Positions 8,343 to 16,382 of a stretch of 32,000 nt of DNA are shown here, one piece after another. This DNA is from Kiritimatiella glycovorans (GTDB taxonomy: Bacteria; Verrucomicrobiota; Kiritimatiellia; Kiritimatiellales; Kiritimatiellaceae). Location: NCBI RefSeq assembly GCF_001017655.1, contig NZ_CP010904.1, positions 2,640,001 through 2,672,000 on the forward strand, in the 5' to 3' direction. The notes below the pieces were generated by a model, which had not been told where the DNA came from, made no database searches, and saw only the letters and a list, made by a program, of their open reading frames with translations. Within the stretch, counting starts at the first letter, position 1; each line of letters begins with the position of its first letter. The translations under genes and the position numbers were made by a program.

Positions 8343-8430
8343 TCTTTCTCCCCCCTTCCCCCCCTTTCTTCCGCTGGACAACCGCGCCGAGTGCGTTAGC
8401 ATGGGCCCACCAATCCGCACCGCGGCCGAT

Positions 8431-9219
8431 ATGAAAGACACACAGAACTCTCCGGACTTCCGCAACATGCCCATCCGCAAGGTGGGCATCAAGGGACTGC
8501 GCTACCCGATCATCGTCAAGGATCGCCAGTACGAGTCCCAGCACACCGTGGCCCGCGTGAATATGTACGTGGACCTGCCGCACCATTTCAAAGGCACGCA
8601 CATGTCCCGGTTCGTGGAGATTCTCAACCAGTACCACGGCCGCATCTCGATCCATAAACTCGAGGGCATCCTGCGCGCCATGATCCGTACCCTCGACTCC
8701 CGCACCGCCCACCTCGAAATACGGTTCCCCTACTTCATCGAAAAACAGGCGCCGGTCTCCGGCGCCGTGTCGCTGATGGATTACGACTGCGCCTTTATCG
8801 CCTCACTGGATACCAACGGCGAGGAACACCCCCCCGACCTGGTCGTCGAAGTCGACGTCCCCGTCTGTACCCTCTGCCCCTGCTCCAAAGCGATCAGTAC
8901 GGACGGCGCGCACAACCAGCGCTCCTCCATCCGTATCCAGATCCGCAGCCAGGCCATGGTGTGGATCGAAGACCTCATCGAAATCGCGGAATCCGAGGCC
9001 AGCGCCCCCCTCTACTCGCTGCTGAAGCGCGAGGACGAAAAAGCCGTCACCGAACAGGCCTACCGGAACCCGCGCTTCGTCGAAGATGTCGTCCGCGGCG
9101 TGGGCGTGCGCCTGAAAGAAGACCCCCGCATCGACTGGTACCGCGTGGAAAGCGAAAATGCCGAAAGCATCCATAACCACAGCGCCTACGCACTCGTCGA
9201 ACCTGAAAAGAGACGCTGA
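8431..9219 (+). CDS. folE2: GTP cyclohydrolase IB (FolE2 / GCYH-IB, DUF198 family)
   Basis: Motifs: MKDTQNSPDFRNMPIRKVGIKGLRYPIIV, HHFKGTHMSRFVEIL, CTLCPCSKAISTDGAHNQRS, ENAESIHNHSAYA. The track ORF starts at 8275, but its first 52 codons translate the pyrimidine arm of the inverted repeat. ATG 8431 (alternative 8401) gives the usual FolE2 N-terminus. Confidence 0.9.
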   Translation: MKDTQNSPDFRNMPIRKVGIKGLRYPIIVKDRQYESQHTVARVNMYVDLPHHFKGTHMSRFVEILNQYHGRISIHKLEGILRAMIRTLDSRTAHLEIRFPYFIEKQAPVSGAVSLMDYDCAFIASLDTNGEEHPPDLVVEVDVPVCTLCPCSKAISTDGAHNQRSSIRIQIRSQAMVWIEDLIEIAESEASAPLYSLLKREDEKAVTEQAYRNPRFVEDVVRGVGVRLKEDPRIDWYRVESENAESIHNHSAYALVEPEKRR

Positions 9220-9384
9220 ACTTCCGTCCCCGAACCGAACCCGACCGCACCCCCCTGACCCCTCTCCGCAATATCGTCATACTTAGCTACAATCCTTTCA
9301 TCCGGCCGGGCCTCGCACACTTCTCCCTGCATCCGCCTAATATCGGCCGGCTCCCCGCAAGGTATCGCGCCACTTTTCGACCCC

Positions 9385-9430
9385 TTAATCGCAACATTTT
9401 TATATTTTCACTGTCTAATCTTCTATAAAG
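9385..9430 (+). promoter_or_regulatory. AT-rich island, candidate promoter/operator for the URO-D-Trx / COG0523 operon
   Basis: TTAATCGCAACATTTTTATATTTTCACTGTCTAATCTTCTATAAAG sits in otherwise GC-rich DNA, about 75 nt upstream of ATG 9503. I could not fit a clean -35/-10 pair or a palindromic operator. Confidence 0.35.
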
Positions 9431-9502
9431 GCGCCGCGGACTGCCCTAGTTTACGGGCTGAGATGCAGCCAGTGCCGTGTCAGACGGCGGAGGAGCGAGG
9501 CG

Positions 9503-10912
9503 ATGAAGGGAAAAGATGTGCTGTTGCGCGCGCTCGGGCGCGAGACGACGGAGCGGCCGGCGTGGGTGCCTTTCGTGGGCGTGCACGGCGGGAACCTGAT
9601 CGGCGAACGCGCGGACGATTATCTGAAGTCGAGTGATTCGATCGTAAAGGGGATCCGCAGGGCGAACGAACTCTACCGCCCGGACGGCATCCCCGTGGCA
9701 TTCGACCTGCAGATCGAGGCGGAGGTGCTGGGCTGCGACCTGCACTGGGACAGCAATGTCCCCCCGTCGGTCACCACCCATCCGCTCGAAGGCGGCACGG
9801 CGCTGGAGGACCTGCCGGACCTGAGCGAGGACGGCGGACGCTTTCCGGTCGTCCTCGCCGCACTGGACCGGCTCAGGGAGGAGATCGGCGATGAAACCGC
9901 CCTCTACGGGCTGGTTTGCGGCCCGTTCACGCTCGCCCTCCACCTCGCGGGCAACGAGATCTTTATTGATATGTACGACGACGAAGCCAAGGTTCGCAAA
10001 CTGGTCGAACGCTGCGCGGACTATGCGATTCAGTCGGCGGGCTTCTATCTGGACCACGGGGCGGACGTGATCGCCGTCGTCGATCCCATGACCAGCCAGA
10101 TCTCGGCGGAACACTTCACGGGCTTCGTCACCCCCGCCATGAACCGGGTCTTTGACTATATCCGCGGACGCGGATCGTACTCCTCGATCTTCGTCTGTGG
10201 CGACGTGAGCCGCAACCTGGACGTGATGTGCGGGACGGAGGCGGACCACATCTCGGTCGACGAACAGATCGATATGACCCGCCTGCGTGAGCTGGCGGAG
10301 AAGAACGGCAAGGCGTTCGGAGGGAATATCCGCCTTACGTCCGTGCTGCTGCTCGGGGACGAGGACGACGCGAAGCTGGAGACCCTGAACATCATGGACC
10401 GCAGCGGCTGCACCGGCTTCGTGCTCTCGCCCGGCTGCGACCTCCCGTACCACACCCCGCCGGCCAACCTGCAGGCCGTGGCGGAGATGGTGCACGACGA
10501 GTACGCCCGCGAAGTGGCGCGCAAGGTGCTTGCGGCCCGGGGCGAAAAGGAGGAAGAAACGTACGACGACATCGAACTGCCCGATTACGACGCGCAGAAA
10601 GCGGTGACGCTCGATGTCATCACCCTCGACTCGACCTCGTGCGCACCCTGCCAGTATATGATGGACGCGGTGCGACGCGCGGCAGACGACGCGTTCGTGA
10701 AGACCTATGTGAATGAACACAAGATCATGGTCCGCGACGGGATCGGCATGATGGCGCGACTGGGGGTGAAAAACCTCCCCACGATCTGTATCGACGGCGA
10801 GATCGCGTTCTCGTCGATCATTCCCGACCACAACACGCTGGTCGAAGCGATCGAAAACAAGGCGGTCGACAAGAATTACGTTTCGAAAAACGGAGGAGAT
10901 CCGAACTCATGA
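9503..10912 (+). CDS. Uroporphyrinogen-decarboxylase-fold (MtaA/CmuA-like methyltransferase family) protein fused to a C-terminal thioredoxin-fold CxxC domain
   Basis: GGAGGAG SD upstream. The N-terminal ~340 aa has URO-D/MtaA-like features: RPAWVPFVG, DPMTSQIS, IFVCGDV, GFVLSPGCDLPYHTPP. It lacks the HemE PxWxMRQAGR signature. The C-terminal ~85 aa (VITLDSTSCAPCQYM..LPTICIDGEIAF) resembles small redox-active disulfide (Thioredoxin_3-type) proteins. Confidence 0.85.
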   Translation: MKGKDVLLRALGRETTERPAWVPFVGVHGGNLIGERADDYLKSSDSIVKGIRRANELYRPDGIPVAFDLQIEAEVLGCDLHWDSNVPPSVTTHPLEGGTALEDLPDLSEDGGRFPVVLAALDRLREEIGDETALYGLVCGPFTLALHLAGNEIFIDMYDDEAKVRKLVERCADYAIQSAGFYLDHGADVIAVVDPMTSQISAEHFTGFVTPAMNRVFDYIRGRGSYSSIFVCGDVSRNLDVMCGTEADHISVDEQIDMTRLRELAEKNGKAFGGNIRLTSVLLLGDEDDAKLETLNIMDRSGCTGFVLSPGCDLPYHTPPANLQAVAEMVHDEYAREVARKVLAARGEKEEETYDDIELPDYDAQKAVTLDVITLDSTSCAPCQYMMDAVRRAADDAFVKTYVNEHKIMVRDGIGMMARLGVKNLPTICIDGEIAFSSIIPDHNTLVEAIENKAVDKNYVSKNGGDPNS

Positions 10913-11814
10913 TCCCGGTCTGCCTCGTCACAGGCTTCCTCGGCGCGGGAAAGACGACGTTCATGAAAAGTCTGGTCCGCCGCTACGGGGAGCGGCGGTT
11001 CGTCTATCTCGTGAATGAGTTCAACCCGCGCGATATCGACGGCGCGCTGGTCTCGGAGGAGAACCCGGACGTGGTGTCCATCCCCGGCGGAAGCATCTTC
11101 TGCCGCTGTCTGGTGACCGAGTTCATCGGACAGCTGAAAAACGTGCCCGAACGCTGGCCCGAAACAGAGGGCGTGATTATTGAGGCGAGCGGGATGGCGG
11201 ACCCGGGAGTGATCGGCGATATGCTGGCGGAGACGAAGCTCGATCGCGTCTACAGACTCCACCGCGTGATCAGCATCGTCGATCCCGGCACCTTCCTGAA
11301 GCTCGTCAGGACGCTCCCCAATATCACCACCCAAGTGAAGTCCGCGGACACGGTACTCGTCAATAAGACGGACCTCCACGAAGAAGAACAGCTCCGCGCC
11401 GTCGAACATGCGGTCCGTGAAACCGGCACGCAGGCGGAGATCGTACGCTGCGTCCGCACCGGAGCGGAAATTCCGATCTTCGAGTCGCCCGCCTCGGCTC
11501 TCGAGTTTCACGGTGAATACGCGAAGTGCCGCGATCCGAACTACGCGACGTTCGAGGTGCGCGCGGAAAAACCCGTCGATCCCGCCGCACTCGAAGAAGC
11601 GCTGAAGACCGGGGCGGACGATCTCTACCGTATCAAGGGCTACGCCCCCGCCCCCGACGGAGGCCTGCACTACCTCGATTATGCCGCCGGGCGGCTTACG
11701 ACCGAAAAGACCGGGGCGCAGGGTCGCGAGCCCGTAACCGTCTGGATCGTCCGCGGCGGATGCGAAGATACACTCGCGCCCTGGGCGGAGAAGGTGCTCA
11801 ACGACGGGGCATGA
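10909..11814 (+). CDS. COG0523 / CobW-family G3E P-loop GTPase (putative metallochaperone)
   Basis: Its ATG overlaps the upstream stop (ATGA at 10909-10912). Motifs: Walker A GFLGAGKTT, EASGMADP, NKTD. It has a CobW_C-like C-terminus. The metal motif is FCRCL rather than the canonical CxCC, and there is no His-rich tract. Confidence 0.9.
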   Translation: MIPVCLVTGFLGAGKTTFMKSLVRRYGERRFVYLVNEFNPRDIDGALVSEENPDVVSIPGGSIFCRCLVTEFIGQLKNVPERWPETEGVIIEASGMADPGVIGDMLAETKLDRVYRLHRVISIVDPGTFLKLVRTLPNITTQVKSADTVLVNKTDLHEEEQLRAVEHAVRETGTQAEIVRCVRTGAEIPIFESPASALEFHGEYAKCRDPNYATFEVRAEKPVDPAALEEALKTGADDLYRIKGYAPAPDGGLHYLDYAAGRLTTEKTGAQGREPVTVWIVRGGCEDTLAPWAEKVLNDGA

Positions 11815-11863
11815 CCACTGTTCGCATCCACCCTTCGCAAGGTGCCCTGGCCGCATCCTCATA

Positions 11864-14800
11864 TTATTCCGAAATCCGGAAACCTTCTCTCGAGGCATAA
11901 AATGCGTCGTTGGCCTCGCGATCGACAACGAGCCGGTCGTCAACCCATTGCATCCGCACCAGCGCCGGACGGCAGGCATAGCGTTCATTCCCGGCGAGTT
12001 TGTTGGCGGGGTTGAAAAAGACGCAAGCCCACCACCGGCCCTGATGATCGCAGAAGAAATTACCGTGACCCCCGCCCGTAATGGTGTTGTGACGCGGACC
12101 GTAGGGACCGCGAATCGAGTCCGCGGTGGCGAGCAGGGGATCGTAACTGTATTTTTTCGGGGCCGGATGCTGGGCGTAGGTAAAGCGATCCCCTTCGGCG
12201 AAACTCCAGTAGGTCTTTACGAGGCGGTACCGGTCGCGGGCCTTGAACAGAAACGCGCCTTCGGCGTAGGCCTCGCGCGGGAAAGGCGTCTCGCGCGGAT
12301 CCCACGGGCCTTCGGCCAATCCGCTCATATCCTCCCGGAACCGCGCGATCGAGCTTCCCTGGCAGGCCAGGTACACGGTTCCGTCGTCGTCTTCAAACAG
12401 ACTGGAATCGATCCCGCCAGTAAGCGGCGCGGAGGGATGCGGGTCCACGTAGGGGCCGTCCGCCCGCCCGCTCGTGCTGCGCAGGACGAAAGTCGCACCC
12501 CAGTGTTTGTGTCCGGCCCACTGTTCACGGGGAAGGTGGATGTTGTGATTGATGCAGGCGGTGAGGAAAAAGGTTCCCTGACTTTTCAGGTAATGGATCT
12601 CCGGCGCCCAGACCGCGCGGCGGACCCGGAGGGTCGAGCGCATTTCTGCGGTGAGATCTTCCGGCGCGACGAGTCGGCCCGGCGTGGAGCCGTCCTTATC
12701 GTAGACGTAGTAGAATCGCTGCCACCCCCTGGCTTCGTCCAGATCCCAGACCAACCCCATCGGCGTCCAGTGTTTAAGATCGCGCGATTTCCAGAGCCGG
12801 ATGCCGTCGTTGATATGCCAGGGATCCATTCCCGGGGCCTCGGTCGTACCCGTCATGTAATACCATCCGTCGGGGCCGGCGCAGACCTGCGGGTCGCGCA
12901 TGAAGGTATCCAGGAGCGGGCGCACCGAATCGGGCATCCGCGTCAGAGATGCGTTCGGATCGGCCATGCCGTATTCGAGGGGTGCGTTCTTCTGCGCGCG
13001 CCGCACCTCCACGGCGACCGGTCCTAGCAACCCGGACGGGAACTTCTCGAGGCCGTATTCCGACTCGGGAATCTCTCCGCGCACGAAGGTGTTTACGATG
13101 GCTTTGTCGGGAGGGAACTGCGCATCGCCGACCAGCCGGTTCATCCAGGTGTTCACCACGGCGATTTCCAGCCTGTTTTTCCCGTTCCGGACGGCATCGG
13201 TAAGGTCCACGCGAAAAGGCGGCTTCCACCGCGTACCGAGATCGTGTCCGTTGAGCTTCACATGCGCTACGTCCCCGACGTCGCCCAGATCGAGCGTATA
13301 GGTCTTTCCGTCCACCGGGTCTTCAAGTTCGAACTCCTTGTGATACGTCCCGTAACCGGAGAAATACCGGATCCCGGGCCTGTTCGCCTCCGTCCATGAC
13401 TTGAGTTCATCGAAGACGTACTCCGCCGGTGCGCCGCGGTTTTCCTGAAACGTGATCCGCCACGGACCGCTCAGCACCATCCTGTCCTCGACCGACGTTG
13501 AAGGTTCCCGCGGGAGTTCGCCTGCATGCGGATCAAAGACTACAAAGGTCGAGCCCCAGGGCGGCAAATCGACACGGACCGCGTCTTCGCCGACGGATTG
13601 CAGCCGGAAACGCGCACCCGTGCCGGGGTCCCATCGGCAGGGCGTCCCGCCGGTATTGCGGAAGGCCGCCTCCAGTTCGACTCCGCGACCGCTGCGGTTG
13701 GCGAGGAAGTAAACCTCGCGCCCGTCCCCCATGCGACGATGGACATGGGCGATTTCCGCCTCTCCGGCACCCCGGATCTTCACCTGGGGCGGGATGCCAT
13801 GCTCTTCAAAGACCGCCGCCAGCTCGACGCCCCAGTGAACCCTCCCCCGGCCGGTTCGCTTCGACCCCGAGGGCTCGGGATCAGGCCCCCATAACCGGTC
13901 GGTGAGTTCCTGGATAACGGCATCAGCCCGGGGCTGATCGGAGAGACTGGGGGAGCGGAGCGGTTTCGGGCCGACGACGATCGCGCCCCTGCGGACCAGC
14001 CGGTACACGGCTTCAAGCGTTTCGGGGAGCATTGTGTCGCGCGGCGGCAGGAGGAGTACGCGATACGTCGCTCCATGCGGCATGATGATCATGCCGTCTT
14101 CGACGCGGGCGCGTTCGCGAATCGCGCGCCCGTCTGCGGCATCGTAGTCCCGGCCCGTCGGCAGGGCCAGCGGAAGCTCGTCGCGCCTGGGCGTGATGTT
14201 CGGAAAGCCGTCGCCATAGAAGTAGAGCACGTCGTTGTCGACCACGCCCGCCTGAAGCAGGTACTGGCAGCGGGCCAGGTAGTCAAAGAACGGACGTCCG
14301 TCCGGCATCCAGGTAATGTCCGGACCGACGTCGATCCCGGTAGGCCCCCACGAAAAACCGATCGGGCGGTTGCCGACCTCCGGATCCATCCACAGGCCGT
14401 GGATGAACATCCGGCGCACGCCCTCGCTGAACGCGTAGTCACCCTGCTTCTTCATGTCGAGCGGCGAAATCCAGTTCCGATGCCACTGATTACAGGTATA
14501 GGATTCGATCAGCGTGAAGTCGCGGTTATAGACATTCGCGGCCGATGCCGCGTCCCTGACCGTGTTGCGGAGATCCGGCTCCGCACTTTCGCGTCCCCGG
14601 TTCCAGAATTCGCCGCTGGGATAGTCAGCCCGGGCAACCGACCCGATGGTGTCCATGTTCGCCTGGAAAAAGTGCCCGGACTGAGCGGAAAGTCTGATCC
14701 CGTGTTCGTGACACAGGGCAGCGAGTTCGGCGAAATGGTTGTGAATGTGCAGATCACCGATGGTGCGGCGGTAGTCCCAAAGGACGCGATCAGTGGTCAG

Positions 14801-16318
14801 GGCATCTTTGACGATCCGGCCCTCAAGCACGGGCAGATATGGCGTCAAATCATAGCCGCGCCGCTTTCTGAACTCGTCGAGAAAGGCCCCGGTCCAGAGG
14901 TTGCCCTCCTGCTCCCAGCTGTCGACGTGAAAGAAGTCGAGCGCCTCGCGGCCGCGCGGACTCAGGTGCTGCAGGATCGCCTCGCCCATCGCCTCATAGT
15001 GTTTTCGAATCGCCGCCGCGCTCATCTTGTCGGCTTCCAGCGCGCCTTCATTGCCCGCCCGGCCGCCGGCGTTGTACGTGTGCGCATACGCGGGCGTCAT
15101 GCCGAAACGGAGAATCGTCCATTCCCCCTCCGGCACCCGCCAGTCCAGCGTATCGTCGCCGTTCAGCCGCGCGGTCAGATGGGTGGTGCGCCGGGGCTCC
15201 AGCGCGGGAATACGCCCGGCCGCGGGCGTGGCCGCGAGGTGCCGCGCGGGCAGCGGGTCCCCTCCCCGGTGCATGCCGCGGGCATTGAAATAACCGCGCT
15301 TCAACGCGAAATTGCGGGGCGCCGGCACGTCCGGAGACCAGCTCCCCGGCTTCAGAAGCTGGACCTCGTACAGGCGAAGCTCACCGCGGGCGGCGGCAAT
15401 CGGCTGCGCGTCGGTCACGACGAGCCGGAACCGCCGCGCGGTCACGGGCTCGAACGAAACCTTTACCGGCGAATAACCGTCGGTTGAAAACCTGGCCGCC
15501 GGACTATAGGCACCGTCCACGCGTGCCTCAATCCGCCCTGTGCGCACACCGAAACGCGGGTTCTCCTGAATATAGAGACCGTCCGCGGTCACCGGGCGGT
15601 CAAAGACGAACTCCACCGTGACGGGGCGTTCCGGTTCCGGGGCGGGAACGGAAGCCGCGTTATGACGATTGCCGTCCATCATCCTCCCGGAAATGGAAGC
15701 GTCGCCGGGTTCGCCGTTGATCAGGATCTCCGGGGAATGACGGTGCATGAGCCGGTCCATGCGATCCGGGGTCGGCCAGGCGACCACGGCGATATCTTTA
15801 TAACGGGGATCGACGGAGGCGTCGGGCAGCTTCAGCGGTCCTTTGCGCGGGCCGGACACGCGCATCTCCGCAGAGGCGTTAAGCTGGTTGTTGTCCTCAG
15901 GCCCGATCCACGGCCCGCCGGTGTTCCAGGCGCAGCACAGGACGATCCCGAAGTCGAGGCCGAGCCGCTGCGATTCTTCAGCGGCGAAGTGGACGAGGTC
16001 GAGCCACTCTTCACTCATGAACGCGACCGGGCCGGGACGAACGTACCCGGGATCATGCTGGTGCAGGTTGGGGATGTCAAAGAGCAGCCCTCCGCCCAGC
16101 CCGACGGCCTTCATGTGCTCGAGATCGCGCGTGATCGCCGCGCGGTTGACGTTGCCGTTGATCCAGTCCCAGTAGACCATCGCCCGCGCCGTCACCGGCG
16201 GATCGGCAAAACCCGCCGGATCGATCCCGTCCGCTTCCGTGACCCGGCCGCCCGCCCGGGCCGTGAGCACTACGGCACAAGTTCCCGCCAGCGCGGTCAG
16301 AAAAACACGCTTCTTCAT
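11864..16318 (-). CDS. Secreted bifunctional glycoside hydrolase: GH106-like (alpha-L-rhamnosidase-type) module + GH2-like sugar-binding beta-sandwich + C-terminal GH43 beta-propeller (1484 aa)
   Basis: I prefer ATG 16318, which gives MKKRVFLTALAGTCAVVLTARA (signal) with AAGGGGAG 5 nt upstream. The N-terminus FADPPVTARAMVYWDWINGNVNRAAITRDLEHMKAVGLGG is typical of the GH106-type family. LDLGDVGDVAHVKLNGHDLGTRWKPPFRVDLT..NRLEIAVVNTWMNRL is the beta-sandwich. GH43 hallmarks: MRDPQV, WAPEIHY, GGIDSSLFEDDDGTVYL, AEGAFLF. Confidence 0.85.
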   Translation of the reverse strand: MKKRVFLTALAGTCAVVLTARAGGRVTEADGIDPAGFADPPVTARAMVYWDWINGNVNRAAITRDLEHMKAVGLGGGLLFDIPNLHQHDPGYVRPGPVAFMSEEWLDLVHFAAEESQRLGLDFGIVLCCAWNTGGPWIGPEDNNQLNASAEMRVSGPRKGPLKLPDASVDPRYKDIAVVAWPTPDRMDRLMHRHSPEILINGEPGDASISGRMMDGNRHNAASVPAPEPERPVTVEFVFDRPVTADGLYIQENPRFGVRTGRIEARVDGAYSPAARFSTDGYSPVKVSFEPVTARRFRLVVTDAQPIAAARGELRLYEVQLLKPGSWSPDVPAPRNFALKRGYFNARGMHRGGDPLPARHLAATPAAGRIPALEPRRTTHLTARLNGDDTLDWRVPEGEWTILRFGMTPAYAHTYNAGGRAGNEGALEADKMSAAAIRKHYEAMGEAILQHLSPRGREALDFFHVDSWEQEGNLWTGAFLDEFRKRRGYDLTPYLPVLEGRIVKDALTTDRVLWDYRRTIGDLHIHNHFAELAALCHEHGIRLSAQSGHFFQANMDTIGSVARADYPSGEFWNRGRESAEPDLRNTVRDAASAANVYNRDFTLIESYTCNQWHRNWISPLDMKKQGDYAFSEGVRRMFIHGLWMDPEVGNRPIGFSWGPTGIDVGPDITWMPDGRPFFDYLARCQYLLQAGVVDNDVLYFYGDGFPNITPRRDELPLALPTGRDYDAADGRAIRERARVEDGMIIMPHGATYRVLLLPPRDTMLPETLEAVYRLVRRGAIVVGPKPLRSPSLSDQPRADAVIQELTDRLWGPDPEPSGSKRTGRGRVHWGVELAAVFEEHGIPPQVKIRGAGEAEIAHVHRRMGDGREVYFLANRSGRGVELEAAFRNTGGTPCRWDPGTGARFRLQSVGEDAVRVDLPPWGSTFVVFDPHAGELPREPSTSVEDRMVLSGPWRITFQENRGAPAEYVFDELKSWTEANRPGIRYFSGYGTYHKEFELEDPVDGKTYTLDLGDVGDVAHVKLNGHDLGTRWKPPFRVDLTDAVRNGKNRLEIAVVNTWMNRLVGDAQFPPDKAIVNTFVRGEIPESEYGLEKFPSGLLGPVAVEVRRAQKNAPLEYGMADPNASLTRMPDSVRPLLDTFMRDPQVCAGPDGWYYMTGTTEAPGMDPWHINDGIRLWKSRDLKHWTPMGLVWDLDEARGWQRFYYVYDKDGSTPGRLVAPEDLTAEMRSTLRVRRAVWAPEIHYLKSQGTFFLTACINHNIHLPREQWAGHKHWGATFVLRSTSGRADGPYVDPHPSAPLTGGIDSSLFEDDDGTVYLACQGSSIARFREDMSGLAEGPWDPRETPFPREAYAEGAFLFKARDRYRLVKTYWSFAEGDRFTYAQHPAPKKYSYDPLLATADSIRGPYGPRHNTITGGGHGNFFCDHQGRWWACVFFNPANKLAGNERYACRPALVRMQWVDDRLVVDREANDAFYASREGFRISE

Positions 16319-16382
16319 GATACTCCCCTTAAAACGCACCTCCGCTAAACCATCAAAGCTTGAGCACAAACGGTCGTTTATG

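Noticed and set aside
7600-8400. CRISPR array
   Set aside because: The repeats are inverted or mosaic rather than regularly spaced direct repeats with unique spacers. There are no cas genes.
8275-8430. N-terminal extension of the folE2 ORF (MPISCLSLAFPFMPFPPSWLTSFLSPPFPPF..)
   Set aside because: It is the translation of the pyrimidine arm of the 46-bp inverted repeat. The same peptide appears at the end of minus-strand ORF 7609..7977. FolE2 homologs start near MKDTQ.
9340-9375. Possible cobalamin riboswitch upstream of the MtaA-like/CobW-like operon (CCCCGCAAGGTA, GCGCCACT); also GTGCCACGAC near 7495-7505 upstream of the TBDR cassette
   Set aside because: Only fragments resemble the CCCGCCACTGT core. 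The GGGAA and GGTG..AA.TCC elements and a proper B12 box are absent.
9391-9412. Zur box in the AT-rich island
   Set aside because: Only a half-site-like AACATTTTT is present. I could not build a palindrome, and the Zur consensus for this lineage is unknown to me.
9458-9463. CTGAGA hexamer suggestive of a TPP riboswitch
   Set aside because: There is no ACCC..CCTGATCTGG..GGGA context.
9446-11988. Minus-strand ORFs 9446..10831 (461 aa) and 10876..11988 (370 aa)
   Set aside because: They are antisense to the URO-D-Trx and COG0523 genes, which carry clear family motifs and SD sites.
11948-16348. + strand ORFs 11948..13027, 14075..15487 and 15662..16348
   Set aside because: They are antisense shadows of the 1484-aa GH gene.
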